Part shown: one piece after another, positions 29,009 through 39,807 of the stretch
How the letters are laid out: the number at the start of each line of letters is the position of its first letter
How positions within the stretch are numbered: the stretch's first letter is position 1
Virus record (IMG/VR): IMGVR_UViG_3300028833_000077
Strand: one strand, 5' to 3'
DNA: 64,000 nucleotides
Source: a virus
Taxonomy: Duplodnaviria > Caudoviricetes
Translations under genes and position numbers: made by a program
The notes under the pieces: model-generated
Seen by the model: the letters and a program-made list of their open reading frames with translations, nothing else
Told to the model about the DNA's origin: nothing
Database searches by the model: none

Positions 29009-29443
29009 ATGACTATGGAGAATAGAGAATACCATAATTGTTACCATCATAATACTTGGCCTTGGGGTAATACTGTAACCATCATAACTCAAGATGGTGC
29101 TGGCACAGTAGAGATGTCTTTTGATAAAGACAATCCTGGGGTATGCTATGTGAGTGGTCTGTCTGTATTGCCCCACTACAGAAGGCAGGGAATAGGTACA
29201 TATCTGGTGAACCAGTGTATAGATTATTGTCTTACAGACCATTTGGAGAATCATGACAATCCTATCTTTAGGATGGATTTGAACTCTGTAATGGAGCCCT
29301 TTGTCTTGGATTTCTACCATAAGCTTGGGTTTCATGACATCAAGGAAGAAGGAGGCTATATGAGGATGTACAAGATACTTGCTGCAATAGACCCAATTAG
29401 ACTGACCAAATTGAACTACAGGAATGAAGTTGATAAAGTATGA
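29009..29443 (+). CDS. GNAT acetyltransferase
   Basis: LSVLPHYRRQGIGTYL...FYHKLGF. Confidence 0.85.
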   Translation: MTMENREYHNCYHHNTWPWGNTVTIITQDGAGTVEMSFDKDNPGVCYVSGLSVLPHYRRQGIGTYLVNQCIDYCLTDHLENHDNPIFRMDLNSVMEPFVLDFYHKLGFHDIKEEGGYMRMYKILAAIDPIRLTKLNYRNEVDKV

Positions 29444-29969
29444 GGATTACCAGATATCCATCTCTGAGGAGGCACTGCTTGTGAGGCAGTTCAGGAGATT
29501 GTGGAATATGGACAGGACTGCTGGCAAGGAGCATTTCTATAAGCAGATGAGTGTGCTCTATTTCACATTCGACCCATCCTCCAACTACTCCTACATCATT
29601 GATGAGAAGGAGCGTCTGAAGGAGGTCTTGGAGCAGGAGGGAATCACTGACTGGAAGCCTACACCAGAGTTCAAGGCTGCTGTAGAAATCTACAAGAAGC
29701 TCTGCATCACCTCTTCAAGCCAGTTGCTGGCAGACACAAGACTTGTCATTGAGAAGATGAGACAGGCATTGACCAACATCAACTTTGACAATCTGGAGGA
29801 GAAGGACATGCCCAATGCCATCAAGACAGTGGCAACCGTAGTGGGAATGCTTCCTAAGCTCTCTAGGGACCTTGCTGATGCAGAGAAGGCTGTTGCCAAG
29901 GAACTGGAGGAGCAGGGTAGTGCAAGAGGCTCCCAGCAGCTTACAGTAATGGATGATGACTTTGATTGA
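29424..29969 (+). CDS. Conserved crAss-like helical protein (possible small terminase)
   Basis: D.SS.Y...ER...W.P...A...Y pattern recalled from crAss-like packaging modules. Confidence 0.5.
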   Translation: MKLIKYEDYQISISEEALLVRQFRRLWNMDRTAGKEHFYKQMSVLYFTFDPSSNYSYIIDEKERLKEVLEQEGITDWKPTPEFKAAVEIYKKLCITSSSQLLADTRLVIEKMRQALTNINFDNLEEKDMPNAIKTVATVVGMLPKLSRDLADAEKAVAKELEEQGSARGSQQLTVMDDDFD

Positions 29970-30419
29970 CTATGGAGAATAAGGATGACAACCGTGTGTT
30001 CCTGCTGGCAAGGAATGCCGTACAGGACTGTCTGTTCCCCATTAGGTGGGACAAGGAAAATCTCTGCAGACTCAGGAGATGCATCGAGAAGGCCAGATAC
30101 CTACTTGATGACCCCAGGGACACCAATCTCTTTGGAGATGCAGTGGTAGCATTGTTTGAGGAGGAATACAATAACCTGAATAGTCATGAGGTGGAAGATA
30201 CTGGACAAGGAGAGGGCTGATGCCCACAACATCAGGTGTGTGGAGACTGATACTGACACCATACTCTGTGTGGACATCTCCAAGGTGCCTAAGGGCATGA
30301 CACTGCGTCAGTGGCTCAAGGAGATACAGGAGACAGGCATTGCTGTTATGGAAGGAGAAGACGGACTGACTGTAGATGCCTCCTATTTAGATGAAGAATT
30401 AAACCTCTGATATAAATGA

Positions 30420-30447
30420 AGGCAGGCAAGTTTAGCCTGCTTTTTTG
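30420..30447 (+). terminator. Intrinsic terminator
   Basis: GCAGGC...GCCTGC plus T-run. Confidence 0.7.
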
Positions 30448-30554
30448 TTTTGCTTAGTGCTATATATTAACTTGGATTAGGGTTTTCCTTAAGTCACGGG
30501 TTATCAGGGGTTTCCTTTGTACTTTTGTATCCAGAACATACAAAGGAAGAATAT

Positions 30555-32993
30555 ATGGCATCATATAACATGATAGGAGGTTTTCCTGCACAGCAGCTGT
30601 CCTTCAACAAGAAGAACAGGAAATGGAGGAAGGATGTGGTTGACTTCGCATCCAACTTCAGTCTGCTGCATTACTCTGCTTCAGTGAAGTCGGTGATGAA
30701 CATGCAGCTCAACTATGACCTCTTCAATGGAAAGATACACATGGAGGATTTGAAGCTCACGGTCAATCCCTACAGCCTCAATGCTTCCTTCATCCCTGAT
30801 GAGATACAGCACTACCCGACCATCAACTCCATGCTTGAAGTGTTGGAGGGAGAGGAGTCCAGAAGGCTCTTTGACTATAGGGTGGTGGTGACCAATCCTA
30901 ATGCCATCAGTGAGATAGAGGAAGTCAAGAACATGGAGGTGAATGCAAGGCTCCAGCAGTTGGTTGCAGATTCATCCCAGAGTGAGGAGGAATTCCAGAA
31001 TGAGCTCCAAAAGCTGTCGGACTACTTCACCTTTGAGTATCAGGACAAGAGGGAGGTGAGGGCAAACAGATTGCTCAACCACTATACTCTGGAGCAGGAC
31101 TTTGGGCATAAGTTCAACATGGGATTCCGTGATGCATATATAGTAGGAGAGGAACTCTACCAGTGTGACATAGTGGGAGGAGAGCCTACATTGGAGAAGC
31201 TTGACCCCAGGGATGTGAGGATCATCCGTTCAGGAATGTCCAACAACATCGAGGATGCAGACATGATTATCATAGAGCAGTACTGGCAGCCAGGCAGGGT
31301 GATAGACACCTACTATGACCAGCTCTCCAAGAAGGATGTGGAGAAGATAGAGCATGGTAGCTTCTATGGTGATGGTACCTATGCAGATGAGATGGACAAC
31401 ATTGATGCCCGGCACTTTGCAGTATTCCCCTTGGCTCCCCATGACAATAGTTGGGTGGCAGGTGACAAGGTGCTCACTCCAGAGAGCCTTTTCAATGATG
31501 TGGAGGACAAGTCACTGCTGCCTTATGACTTCCATGGCAACATCAGAGTGTTGAGAGTCTACTGGAAGTCAAGGAGGAAGATCAAGAAGGTGAAGTCCTA
31601 TGACCCTGAGACTGGAGAGGAGCAGTTCGACTTCTATCCTGAGAACTACAACTGTAAGCCTGAGCTTGGAGAGGAGGAGCAGGTGTTCTGGGTGAATGAG
31701 GCATGGGAAGGCACCAAGATAGGTGAGGACATCTATGTCAACATGAGACCAAGGCCTGTACAGTACAACAGGTTGAGCAATCCCTCAAGGTGTCACTTCG
31801 GCATCATAGGCTCCATATACTCCTCCAATGGGGACAAGCCTTACAGCATGGTGGACATCATGAAGCCTTATGCATACCTCTATGATGTGATTCAGGACAG
31901 GCTCAACAAGACACTTGCCAAGAATGTGGGAAAGGTCATCCGTCTTGACTTTGCCAAGACACCAAAGGGATGGGACCCTGATAAGTGGCTCTACTATATC
32001 AATGTGAATGGTGTGGCTGTCGAGAACTCCTTCAAGGAAGGTGATACAGGCCGTTCACAAGGCATCATGGCAGGTAGCATGAACAATGCCTCCAGTGGTG
32101 TAATAGATGCCTCTCTGGGCAATGAGATACAGCAGTACATATCACTGCTTGAGTGGATATCCACCAAGATAGGTGAGCTTGCAGGCATCTCCAAGCAGAG
32201 GCTGGGACAGGTGTCCAACCGTGAGACTGTAGGAGGTGTGGAGAGGGCTACACTGCAGTCATCCCATTCCACTGAGTGGCTGTTCTTCACCCATGAGAGT
32301 GTGAAGAAGAGAGTACTGGAGTGTTTCCTTGAGACAGCCAAGATAGCCCTCAAGGGCAGGAAGAAGAAGTTTGAGTTCATCCTTGAGGATGGCTCCAGAC
32401 AGATTGAGGAGATTGATGGCGATGAGTTTGCAGAGTGTGACTATGGTCTTGTGGTTGACAATTCCAGTGGGGCGCAGGAACTCAACCAGAAGCTTGACAT
32501 GCTTGGTCAGGCAGCACTCCAGAATCAGGCACTTGACTTCTCTACCATCATGAAGATATACACCACCAAGTCACTGTCGGAGAAGCAGAGGATGGTGGAG
32601 GCTAATGAGAAGAGGCTCAGGGAGATGCAGCAGCAACAGCAGCAACAGCAACTCCAGATGCAACAGCAGCAGTTACAGCAGCAGGCAGCCATGGAGCAGG
32701 CCAGGTTGCAGCAAGAACTGCTCATGCACAGGGAGAAGCTGGAGAACAATATCCTCGTGGCCCAGATAAATGGAGAGGCCGAAAATATTCGCATGTCCCT
32801 AATGAACCATGACAATGCAGAAGCCAATGCTCTTGAGAGGGAGAAGATGGCCGAGGAGGCAAGGCAGTTTGATGCACAGCTGGAGACCAATCAGAAGCAG
32901 TTTGCTGACAAGCTTGCATTGGATAGGCAGAAGCAGAAGGATGATGCCAGACTGAAGGAGAAGCAGATTGCCAAGAGTGGTTCAGGCAAATAA
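30555..32993 (+). CDS. Portal protein
   Basis: FP.Q.L...K..KW N-terminus, IQHYP, QRLG.VSNRETVGGVER, Q-rich C-terminus typical of crAss-like portals. Confidence 0.9.
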   Translation: MASYNMIGGFPAQQLSFNKKNRKWRKDVVDFASNFSLLHYSASVKSVMNMQLNYDLFNGKIHMEDLKLTVNPYSLNASFIPDEIQHYPTINSMLEVLEGEESRRLFDYRVVVTNPNAISEIEEVKNMEVNARLQQLVADSSQSEEEFQNELQKLSDYFTFEYQDKREVRANRLLNHYTLEQDFGHKFNMGFRDAYIVGEELYQCDIVGGEPTLEKLDPRDVRIIRSGMSNNIEDADMIIIEQYWQPGRVIDTYYDQLSKKDVEKIEHGSFYGDGTYADEMDNIDARHFAVFPLAPHDNSWVAGDKVLTPESLFNDVEDKSLLPYDFHGNIRVLRVYWKSRRKIKKVKSYDPETGEEQFDFYPENYNCKPELGEEEQVFWVNEAWEGTKIGEDIYVNMRPRPVQYNRLSNPSRCHFGIIGSIYSSNGDKPYSMVDIMKPYAYLYDVIQDRLNKTLAKNVGKVIRLDFAKTPKGWDPDKWLYYINVNGVAVENSFKEGDTGRSQGIMAGSMNNASSGVIDASLGNEIQQYISLLEWISTKIGELAGISKQRLGQVSNRETVGGVERATLQSSHSTEWLFFTHESVKKRVLECFLETAKIALKGRKKKFEFILEDGSRQIEEIDGDEFAECDYGLVVDNSSGAQELNQKLDMLGQAALQNQALDFSTIMKIYTTKSLSEKQRMVEANEKRLREMQQQQQQQQLQMQQQQLQQQAAMEQARLQQELLMHREKLENNILVAQINGEAENIRMSLMNHDNAEANALEREKMAEEARQFDAQLETNQKQFADKLALDRQKQKDDARLKEKQIAKSGSGK

Positions 32994-33078
32994 CCTGACT
33001 GCTTATCAGGCATTAGTAAAACCATAAGAGTAGGGGACGATTGGACTGGAATAGGTACATTTGCAAAAAATAACTTAT

Positions 33079-33987
33079 ATGGAACATAAAGGAAATTGCA
33101 TGGGCAGTGGCAAACTGATAGGCAAGCCTGATAAGAAGTTGGGTCTTGTCATCAGGGATGGTGCCATTACTACCCATACCATAGCAGACAGGGCAGTCAC
33201 CCCAGACAAGCTCTCAGGAGATGTTGTCAGCAGGGTCATCTACCCGATAGTGGAGAATGTGAGGAGAGACCTCCAGCAGCAGATAAGCTCACTCAATGCC
33301 CATGGAGTGGCAGTCAGTGACTCATTCGGCCCTTCTCCTTGTATAGGTATCTCACAGAGGGCACTGTCAGAGGTATTCCTCTGGCTGTGTGGACATGTCA
33401 GTGAACTATCAGGCAAGGACATACTGGATGTCAGGTTTGAGGTTAGTCCCTCATTCTCTTCAGAGCCTCAGGCTGAGATTACAGTGACATTGGTTCCTCC
33501 CATCAGCAAGATTGGCAGGATAGCACTCTTCATCAATGATGAGCCTGTGGATACAGAACCTGTGGCAGAGAACTACTCATTCACCACCACCATCAACAGG
33601 ACATCCAATGTGAAGGTGGAATATGACTACTTTGGCAAGAGGTTCATCAAGCAGAAGATGGTCCGCATTGGAGACCTCCCTGTGGACATGTGGTCTTATG
33701 CAGGCTCTGGTGAGGATTATCAGGATGTATATCGTCATAGGGAGTACCTGCTTGACTATGAGGGACTGACAGGCATCGAGGGCATTACCATAGCAAAGTG
33801 GGGAGACCGTATCCTGATTGTCATGGACAATGACATCCATGAGAATGTGGAGGACATCACCATGAGTGGATTCAAGATTCCATTCGATGTAGACACTGAG
33901 ACACTGGAGGGGTATGCCATCTATACCTCAAAGAAGCAGTACATTGATGGCACATGGCCCATTGAAATCAGCATGAGGGCTGCATAG
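33079..33987 (+). CDS. Putative virion fibre/decoration protein
   Basis: IRDGAITT..IADRAVT.DKL repeat; Ig-like C-half. Confidence 0.55.
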   Translation: MEHKGNCMGSGKLIGKPDKKLGLVIRDGAITTHTIADRAVTPDKLSGDVVSRVIYPIVENVRRDLQQQISSLNAHGVAVSDSFGPSPCIGISQRALSEVFLWLCGHVSELSGKDILDVRFEVSPSFSSEPQAEITVTLVPPISKIGRIALFINDEPVDTEPVAENYSFTTTINRTSNVKVEYDYFGKRFIKQKMVRIGDLPVDMWSYAGSGEDYQDVYRHREYLLDYEGLTGIEGITIAKWGDRILIVMDNDIHENVEDITMSGFKIPFDVDTETLEGYAIYTSKKQYIDGTWPIEISMRAA

Positions 33988-34031
33988 AAAGAGCTATAAC
34001 CGAAAAAATATAATAAAGGAGAAATATAATT

Positions 34032-34487
34032 ATGGCACACGGACAAGTAACAGTACCAGTACCTGGTGAGCTCATGAGCACAGCAACTGACGGCAGGGTT
34101 GTCAGTGCAGAAGGTGTGTATGACTACAACCAGCAGAAATCCCAGGAGCAGATCAACCAAGAGGTTGCAGCTGCCATCCATCAGGGAGGCGGTGGGGGCT
34201 CCATCTCAGGAGATGCCTACACCAAGAGTGAGAGTGACAGCAAGTTTGCAACCAAGGCTGAGATGAACACAACATCAGAGACTGTAAGGAGTCTCTCAAA
34301 CAATGTCAACAGCATCTCAGGCAGCGTGAACAATCTTACAGGCAATGTGAGCACACTCTACAGTAATGTGAACTCACTGACAGAAAGGGTTCAGGAGATT
34401 GTAGACAGCATTGACAGTGGCTCAGGAGTCATTGTAGAGCCAGTAGATACAGCAGATGACAGTTGGAACAATTTTAATTTGAGATAA
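34032..34487 (+). CDS. Short fibre/adaptor protein
   Basis: Q.QINQ motif, heptad repeats, C-terminal W..FNLR. Confidence 0.6.
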   Translation: MAHGQVTVPVPGELMSTATDGRVVSAEGVYDYNQQKSQEQINQEVAAAIHQGGGGGSISGDAYTKSESDSKFATKAEMNTTSETVRSLSNNVNSISGSVNNLTGNVSTLYSNVNSLTERVQEIVDSIDSGSGVIVEPVDTADDSWNNFNLR

Positions 34488-34488
34488 T

Positions 34489-36129
34489 ATGAGCAATGTA
34501 ATTACAAAGGAATGGATGGATGCCCATGATGCAGTGGTTCAGGGCAAGCTCCAGCCTCTAGCAGATGCAGCAGTGGTAAAGACCCTTTCGTCTGCTCCTA
34601 CAGAGGCAACATTGACCTATATGATAGGTACGGAAACACATAATTTCAAGATTGGTGACGAGGCTAGGGTAGCAGACAGTGCTTCTGGTACAGGCTATGT
34701 CTACTACAAGCTGTATGACATCAACAATGGTGCAGCTGTATGGAATAAGCTTGGCAGTGAAAGCAGTGGTGCACTCTTGGCAGCTATCAGGATAAGCCTT
34801 CAAGCTATTGTCAACGGCAATGTGACGGATGGTACAGACCTTAATGGTGTCGCGGTGTCAGTACAGAATGTGACAGACAATGTGTCTGCTGGTGTCAAGG
34901 CATGGGCAGGCAATGAGCTAGTGTTTGACAACCTTGCTCCCATGAAGCAGTATACAGTATCAGTAGCTGCTGTCAGTGGGTATGATACTCCTTCAAGCTA
35001 TACTATCAATAGTCTAGATCTCGGACAGACAGCTTCTCATACTTTCCAGTATACAGCAGACGGATATACTGTGTCCATCACCTCCAATCAAGGGGCTACA
35101 GATGCAGGAATATCTTCTGGTCGGCTGATATATAATGGCACGAGCTATGCCAATGAGGGCTCCTTTAAAGTTCCTACAGACACAAATGTGACCGCTAGTG
35201 AACTGAGTGCATCTGCCTTGACGGGCTATGCATCAGCTATTACTGTGAACAATAAGACCATCTCGCTTGTATACTCTACTGAGATTCTTACGGTAACCAT
35301 TACAAAGAGTGAGGGAGATGGTGACATTTCAAGCATGAATGTTACAGTAAAGGATTCAAACAATACGGTCTTAGGCACCTTATCCGACGGACAGACCTTG
35401 AAGATAGCCACAGGCACATCCTATACAGCAACAGCATCGGAGGCACCCGAAGGATACAAGACTCCTGCAGCCCAGACGGCAAGTGCCTCCCAGACGGCAA
35501 GGACTATGAGCTTTGAATACACAGTAAAACCAGATGGGATAGACATGGGTAATGGTGTGCTTTGGGCTACCAGTAATCTGACTAAGGAAGCTAACGGAAC
35601 TTATAAGTTAGCAGATAATCCTTGGGACTATGGAGCATACTTCTCATGGGGAGATACGGAAGGACATGATGTAGCAGGCCAGAATGAGGGCTATGATTTC
35701 TCTAATAGCAACTATAATAATGGTGCCTCAGGTAGTGGCCATAATCTGACTGCAAGTTTCAGTTCAGGTAATGTTACATATGATGCAGCAAGGGCCAAGC
35801 TTGGTGATTCATGGAGAATACCTACTAAGGACGAGTGTAATTGGCTGCTGAATCCCAGCAACTGCACGAATGAGTGGGTAACCAACTATGAGGGCAGCAG
35901 TGTTGCAGGTAGGCTGTTTACGAGTAAGGTGAATGGGAATAAGCTCTTCTTCCCAGCTGCAGGTTACTACTATGGTACTTCTCTCAGCCTTAGTGGTACC
36001 AATGGTTACTATTGGTCAACTGAGTTCAACAATAGTTCTAATGCCTATTGCATGAGCTTCTATAGTTCTAATTGCGACATGAACGGTAACTACAGGTACT
36101 GTGGTCACTGTGTTCGTCCTGTTCAGTAA
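34489..36129 (+). CDS. DGR target protein (receptor-binding fibre with C-type-lectin-like C-terminal domain)
   Basis: WA..NL, YFSWG, WRIPT, FFPAAG, YYWS motifs; VR at the 3' end. Confidence 0.9.
   Translation: MSNVITKEWMDAHDAVVQGKLQPLADAAVVKTLSSAPTEATLTYMIGTETHNFKIGDEARVADSASGTGYVYYKLYDINNGAAVWNKLGSESSGALLAAIRISLQAIVNGNVTDGTDLNGVAVSVQNVTDNVSAGVKAWAGNELVFDNLAPMKQYTVSVAAVSGYDTPSSYTINSLDLGQTASHTFQYTADGYTVSITSNQGATDAGISSGRLIYNGTSYANEGSFKVPTDTNVTASELSASALTGYASAITVNNKTISLVYSTEILTVTITKSEGDGDISSMNVTVKDSNNTVLGTLSDGQTLKIATGTSYTATASEAPEGYKTPAAQTASASQTARTMSFEYTVKPDGIDMGNGVLWATSNLTKEANGTYKLADNPWDYGAYFSWGDTEGHDVAGQNEGYDFSNSNYNNGASGSGHNLTASFSSGNVTYDAARAKLGDSWRIPTKDECNWLLNPSNCTNEWVTNYEGSSVAGRLFTSKVNGNKLFFPAAGYYYGTSLSLSGTNGYYWSTEFNNSSNAYCMSFYSSNCDMNGNYRYCGHCVRPVQ
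35958..36123 (+). repeat. DGR variable repeat (VR)
   Basis: 166-bp match to TR; 18 mismatches, all at TR adenines. Confidence 0.95.
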
Positions 36130-36160
36130 CTTGTCTACCAGAAGAACAAAAGTACTCAGA

Positions 36161-36216
36161 CTCTCTTGTCCCTGTCACCGAAGCCCTTCCAAGGGCTGAG
36201 AGAAGGGGACGGAGAG
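36161..36216 (+). promoter_or_regulatory. DGR target-recognition hairpin downstream of VR
   Basis: AGCCCTT-CC-AAGGGCT at 36182-36197 inside a longer imperfect stem. Confidence 0.6.
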
Positions 36217-36241
36217 GCTGGATTTAAAAAGATAATATTGT

Positions 36242-36817
36242 ATGGGTAAAATATCTGAAATCATCAGCATAGAAACTCAAAGAGAGGATCTTGCTGCCAT
36301 GCAAAAAATTCATTTGTGGAAAGAGGGCAGCTTCTTTAGAGCCTACAATTGGAGTGCTTGGCTTATTGTAAATTACTGCTATACTGAAGAGATAAGGAAC
36401 AAGCAGGTGGATCGTAAGCCCCTCAGCGTTACCAAGAGACGCTTTAAGAGTGGGGACTCTACTTACTGTCAGATTGGGTTTCCTGTCAGTTCCCTGAAGA
36501 AATTCATGCCCTCAGTCAGTCTGTTTAATCCTATAGATGACAATCATACAGAGGCTACTTTGGATTTGCAGGAAGCATGGGCTGACCAGACGATAGATAC
36601 ACTAAAAGCATCTTATAAAGCTTGGGAGGATAGCTTGGAGATTGAAGACAAGCCACAGAAGACAAATGATAGGGAGACAGATGTCTTCAGCTCTTCTCCT
36701 TTAAGGATAATGCAGATAGTATCTCAGATATTGAGCTACCCTATAGAAAGGAAGTCCCCTATAGAGAATACAGAGTTTATCAGCAGACTGAAACAACAAC
36801 TGGCTGCTGTGTTTTAA
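36242..36817 (+). CDS. DGR accessory protein, MutS-N-like (MSL)
   Basis: IHLWKEGSFFRAYNWSAW...IGFP; lies between target and TR. Confidence 0.7.
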   Translation: MGKISEIISIETQREDLAAMQKIHLWKEGSFFRAYNWSAWLIVNYCYTEEIRNKQVDRKPLSVTKRRFKSGDSTYCQIGFPVSSLKKFMPSVSLFNPIDDNHTEATLDLQEAWADQTIDTLKASYKAWEDSLEIEDKPQKTNDRETDVFSSSPLRIMQIVSQILSYPIERKSPIENTEFISRLKQQLAAVF

Positions 36818-36969
36818 TATTTTTTGAATAAAGCAGGCTGTAGTAGCAGATATCGGACAAGTTCACAGGCTGACCGTCCTGCATCTGTCAGGTGTGGGAA
36901 AAACAAAGTACACTTGATGGTTTTGCATTTGGCAATCCCTTCTTTTAGTCATATTAGGTGTCAGTCGGT

Positions 36970-37135
36970 TGCAGGTAACTACAATGGAACTTCTCTCAAC
37001 AATAGTGGTACCAATGGTAACTATTGGTCAACTGAGTTCAACAATAGTTCTAATGCCTATTACATGAACTTCAATAGTTCTAATTGCAACATGAACAATA
37101 ACAACAGGAACTATGGTAACAGTGTTCGTCCTGTT
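36970..37135 (+). ncRNA. DGR template repeat (TR)
   Basis: AAC/AAT-rich copy of VR just upstream of the RT gene. Confidence 0.95.
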
Positions 37136-37178
37136 TTAGCACTTATCTGATGTCTTGCCTCGGCTATAAAAGAACGAC

Positions 37179-38393
37179 ATGACATTTCATTTAACAAAAG
37201 ACCAGTTGAAGAAAGACTTGTATGTTGCTTACTATGATGCACGAAAACACAAGTCCCATAAGCCTTATGTCAAATATTTTGAAGCAGACCTTACCACAGA
37301 ATTAGATACACTCTGCAATGAACTGTGGAACAGGACTTATACAGCCCAGCCCTCAAAGTGCTTTATAATAGACTATCCTAAAAAACGGGAAGTATTTGCA
37401 GCCCGTTTCCGTGATAGAATTGTACACCATCTCTTATTCAATTACATCCATGCTATGCTGGAAAGGACTTTTATTAGGGACAGTTATAGCTGTATCAAGG
37501 GCAGAGGCACCCATGACGGTATAAGAAGACTCTATAAGCACATTAAGCAGGAAAGCCAGAATTATACAGTACCCTGTTATATCATGAAACTAGACATACG
37601 GGGATATTTTATGCACATTAACCGTAGTAAGCTTTTGCAGATAGCCCTCAAATCTTTAAGAGAGATGGGTGAACATAAAATCGGGAAGACAGGCTATAAC
37701 GGACAGGTATTTGGTAAAGGCATACTGTGGAAAGAAGCTGTTGATATGGGCTTTGTCAGCTGGCTGACAGAAAAGATTATCATGCTAAATCCTAAGACCT
37801 GGTGTGAGATGGCTGGCAGCATAGAGGACTGGAAAGGCTTGGATAGGAGTAAAAGTCTCTTTTACACAAAGGAGGGCTGCGGACTTCCTATTGGCAATTT
37901 AACAAGCCAACTGTTCAGTAATGTCTATCTGAATGTCTTGGATCAGTTTATGAAAAGAGTACTCAAGTGCCGGCATTACGGAAGGTATGTGGATGACTTT
38001 TATATTGTGAATTGTGATAGGAAATGGCTGCTTGGGCTGGTTGGAAGGATTGAGAATTTTCTTGCAGATAATCTTGAATTGAAGCTACACAGAGGCAAAC
38101 TTATACTACGTAGTGTACAGACAGGTATAGAGTTCTTGGGTGCTTTTTTAAAGCCATACAGGAAGTATTTTGCCAACAGTTCTCTTAGACGGGTATGCCA
38201 GAGACTTTCAGAAATCAGACATAGTGATGCGGAGACTTCTTGGAGAACCGTAAATTCCTATCTTGGAATCATGGGCCATTATTCTACCTTCTACTTAAGG
38301 TGGAGGCTGTTCATGAGGTGTTGCTATCTTAGAATAGCACCAATAGAAGTAGGCTCATCCAAGATGTTAAGACCATATTGTATAAATGTTTAA
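37179..38393 (+). CDS. DGR reverse transcriptase
   Basis: RDRIVH, KLDIRGYF, GLPIGNLTSQ, RYVDDF, FLG. Confidence 0.95.
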   Translation: MTFHLTKDQLKKDLYVAYYDARKHKSHKPYVKYFEADLTTELDTLCNELWNRTYTAQPSKCFIIDYPKKREVFAARFRDRIVHHLLFNYIHAMLERTFIRDSYSCIKGRGTHDGIRRLYKHIKQESQNYTVPCYIMKLDIRGYFMHINRSKLLQIALKSLREMGEHKIGKTGYNGQVFGKGILWKEAVDMGFVSWLTEKIIMLNPKTWCEMAGSIEDWKGLDRSKSLFYTKEGCGLPIGNLTSQLFSNVYLNVLDQFMKRVLKCRHYGRYVDDFYIVNCDRKWLLGLVGRIENFLADNLELKLHRGKLILRSVQTGIEFLGAFLKPYRKYFANSSLRRVCQRLSEIRHSDAETSWRTVNSYLGIMGHYSTFYLRWRLFMRCCYLRIAPIEVGSSKMLRPYCINV

Positions 38394-38403
38394 TTTTTTA
38401 ATT

Positions 38404-38928
38404 ATGAGTAAAATTTTTGGAAACATTTCGTATTATTCTCCAGTTAAGGAGGATGTGAGCAGAATCGTAATCAGCTATGATTTTGCTGAAGTGGGAGATG
38501 GTGAGAATGCCACTTGGCATGAGATTGCCTTCTACAAGAGACTTAATCCAAAACCAAGTCTCCAGCAAATCAAGGCAGCTGTCATTGCAGACATTGATAG
38601 TCAGACTGATGCAAGGATTCTCAGTGGCTTTGTTTGGGAGCCTGCCAGTGGCGGAGATTCCATACCTGTATGGCTTTCTCTTGAGAACCAGTTCAATTTC
38701 AAGTCAGCCTATGACTTGGCTGTTCAGAAGCAGGGTGCAACACTGCCTGTCACCTTTAAGATGGGTGAGGATAGTGAAGGTACCCCAGTGTATCATACCT
38801 TTGAGACTATGGAGGATGCAGATGACTTCTACCTCAAGGCAGTTGGCTACATCAACCAGTGCTTGAACGAAGGTTGGGTCAGAAAGGATTCCATTGACTG
38901 GTCTGTCTATGAGCAGGTGTTAGAATAG
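38404..38928 (+). CDS. Putative tail-fibre assembly protein
   Basis: WLS.ENQFNFK.AYDLA..LPVTFK; follows the fibre/DGR. Confidence 0.55.
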   Translation: MSKIFGNISYYSPVKEDVSRIVISYDFAEVGDGENATWHEIAFYKRLNPKPSLQQIKAAVIADIDSQTDARILSGFVWEPASGGDSIPVWLSLENQFNFKSAYDLAVQKQGATLPVTFKMGEDSEGTPVYHTFETMEDADDFYLKAVGYINQCLNEGWVRKDSIDWSVYEQVLE

Positions 38929-38950
38929 GATTCCTTCAAACTATAGTTTA

Positions 38951-38986
38951 AACAAGGGTATGTCTAAATGGGCATACCCTTGTTTT
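38951..38986 (+). terminator. Terminator after the DGR operon
   Basis: AACAAGGGTATG...CATACCCTTGTTTT. Confidence 0.75.
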
Positions 38987-39102
38987 GGTTATGTTTTGTA
39001 CATATAAGTAATTGATAAACAGTTGTTTATCCGTTTTTCTGGCATTGTTTTCCTCCTATCATTATTCTCCTTACCTTTGCAGTGTATTAAATTTATATTA
39101 CA

Positions 39103-39441
39103 ATGGAATCATTAGAACAATTGAAGAAGGAGCAGTATGAGGCCAAGGCAAAGCTTCATGAACTGCTGGAGACAATCAACAGTGAGGAGTACTACACCCT
39201 CACACCGTCAGAGAGGAACCTCATCAACCAGAGGAGAATGGCTCTTGAGATGTATGTAAATGCACTGTCAAGGAGTGTATATGACCATGACAGCTACTCA
39301 TTTGATGCATCAGGTGCACTATGGCCTTTGCTGATGTCAGGTGTGTTTTCAAATATGAATACTGCACCGTCCAGTGTGGATGCACTCAAGAAGGCATTGG
39401 ATGAAAAGGACTTTGAGGATGAATCAGGACATGATGATTAA
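39103..39441 (+). CDS. crAss001_48-like helical hairpin protein
   Basis: L..E..E...KL..L...F..L...E..L...Q..A.E.Y..L pattern. Confidence 0.5.
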   Translation: MESLEQLKKEQYEAKAKLHELLETINSEEYYTLTPSERNLINQRRMALEMYVNALSRSVYDHDSYSFDASGALWPLLMSGVFSNMNTAPSSVDALKKALDEKDFEDESGHDD

Positions 39442-39536
39442 CCAGCTTGCACACATTACAGGCAAGTCTAGGAAGGAGGTCATAACTGCCCTCAAGCAGA
39501 TGAGCAGCATGCCTGATGTCAAGAAGATGTTGAAGT

Positions 39537-39740
39537 ATGTCAGAAAGGGATGAGGCATGGTTGCTTGACCATATGGACCAGTTGTTGCAGTTGGTGTTTG
39601 AGAACAACCGCATGCTGATTGACCTGTGCCATGTGGTCAACATACACCTTGCTAATCATGACAAGGAGAATGAGGATGACTTTGGCAGGAATGTACTGGC
39701 TAACATTGTATCCTCAACCATAGGGTTTAACAGGCCTTAG
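39537..39740 (+). CDS. Hypothetical protein
   Basis: LL.L..ENN.ML...DF..NV.AN. Confidence 0.65.
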   Translation: MSERDEAWLLDHMDQLLQLVFENNRMLIDLCHVVNIHLANHDKENEDDFGRNVLANIVSSTIGFNRP

Positions 39741-39807
39741 TGTTTTCCTTAACCCTGATGTACTCTGAGTAGTATACTATATCTTTGTAGCATAAAAGAA
39801 GAGTAGT

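Noticed and set aside
32626-32685. CAG/CAA repeat
   Set aside because: Poly-Gln linker within the portal C-terminus; ordinary
36824-37150. 108-aa Asn-rich ORF
   Set aside because: It is the DGR template repeat read in frame; weak TTG start
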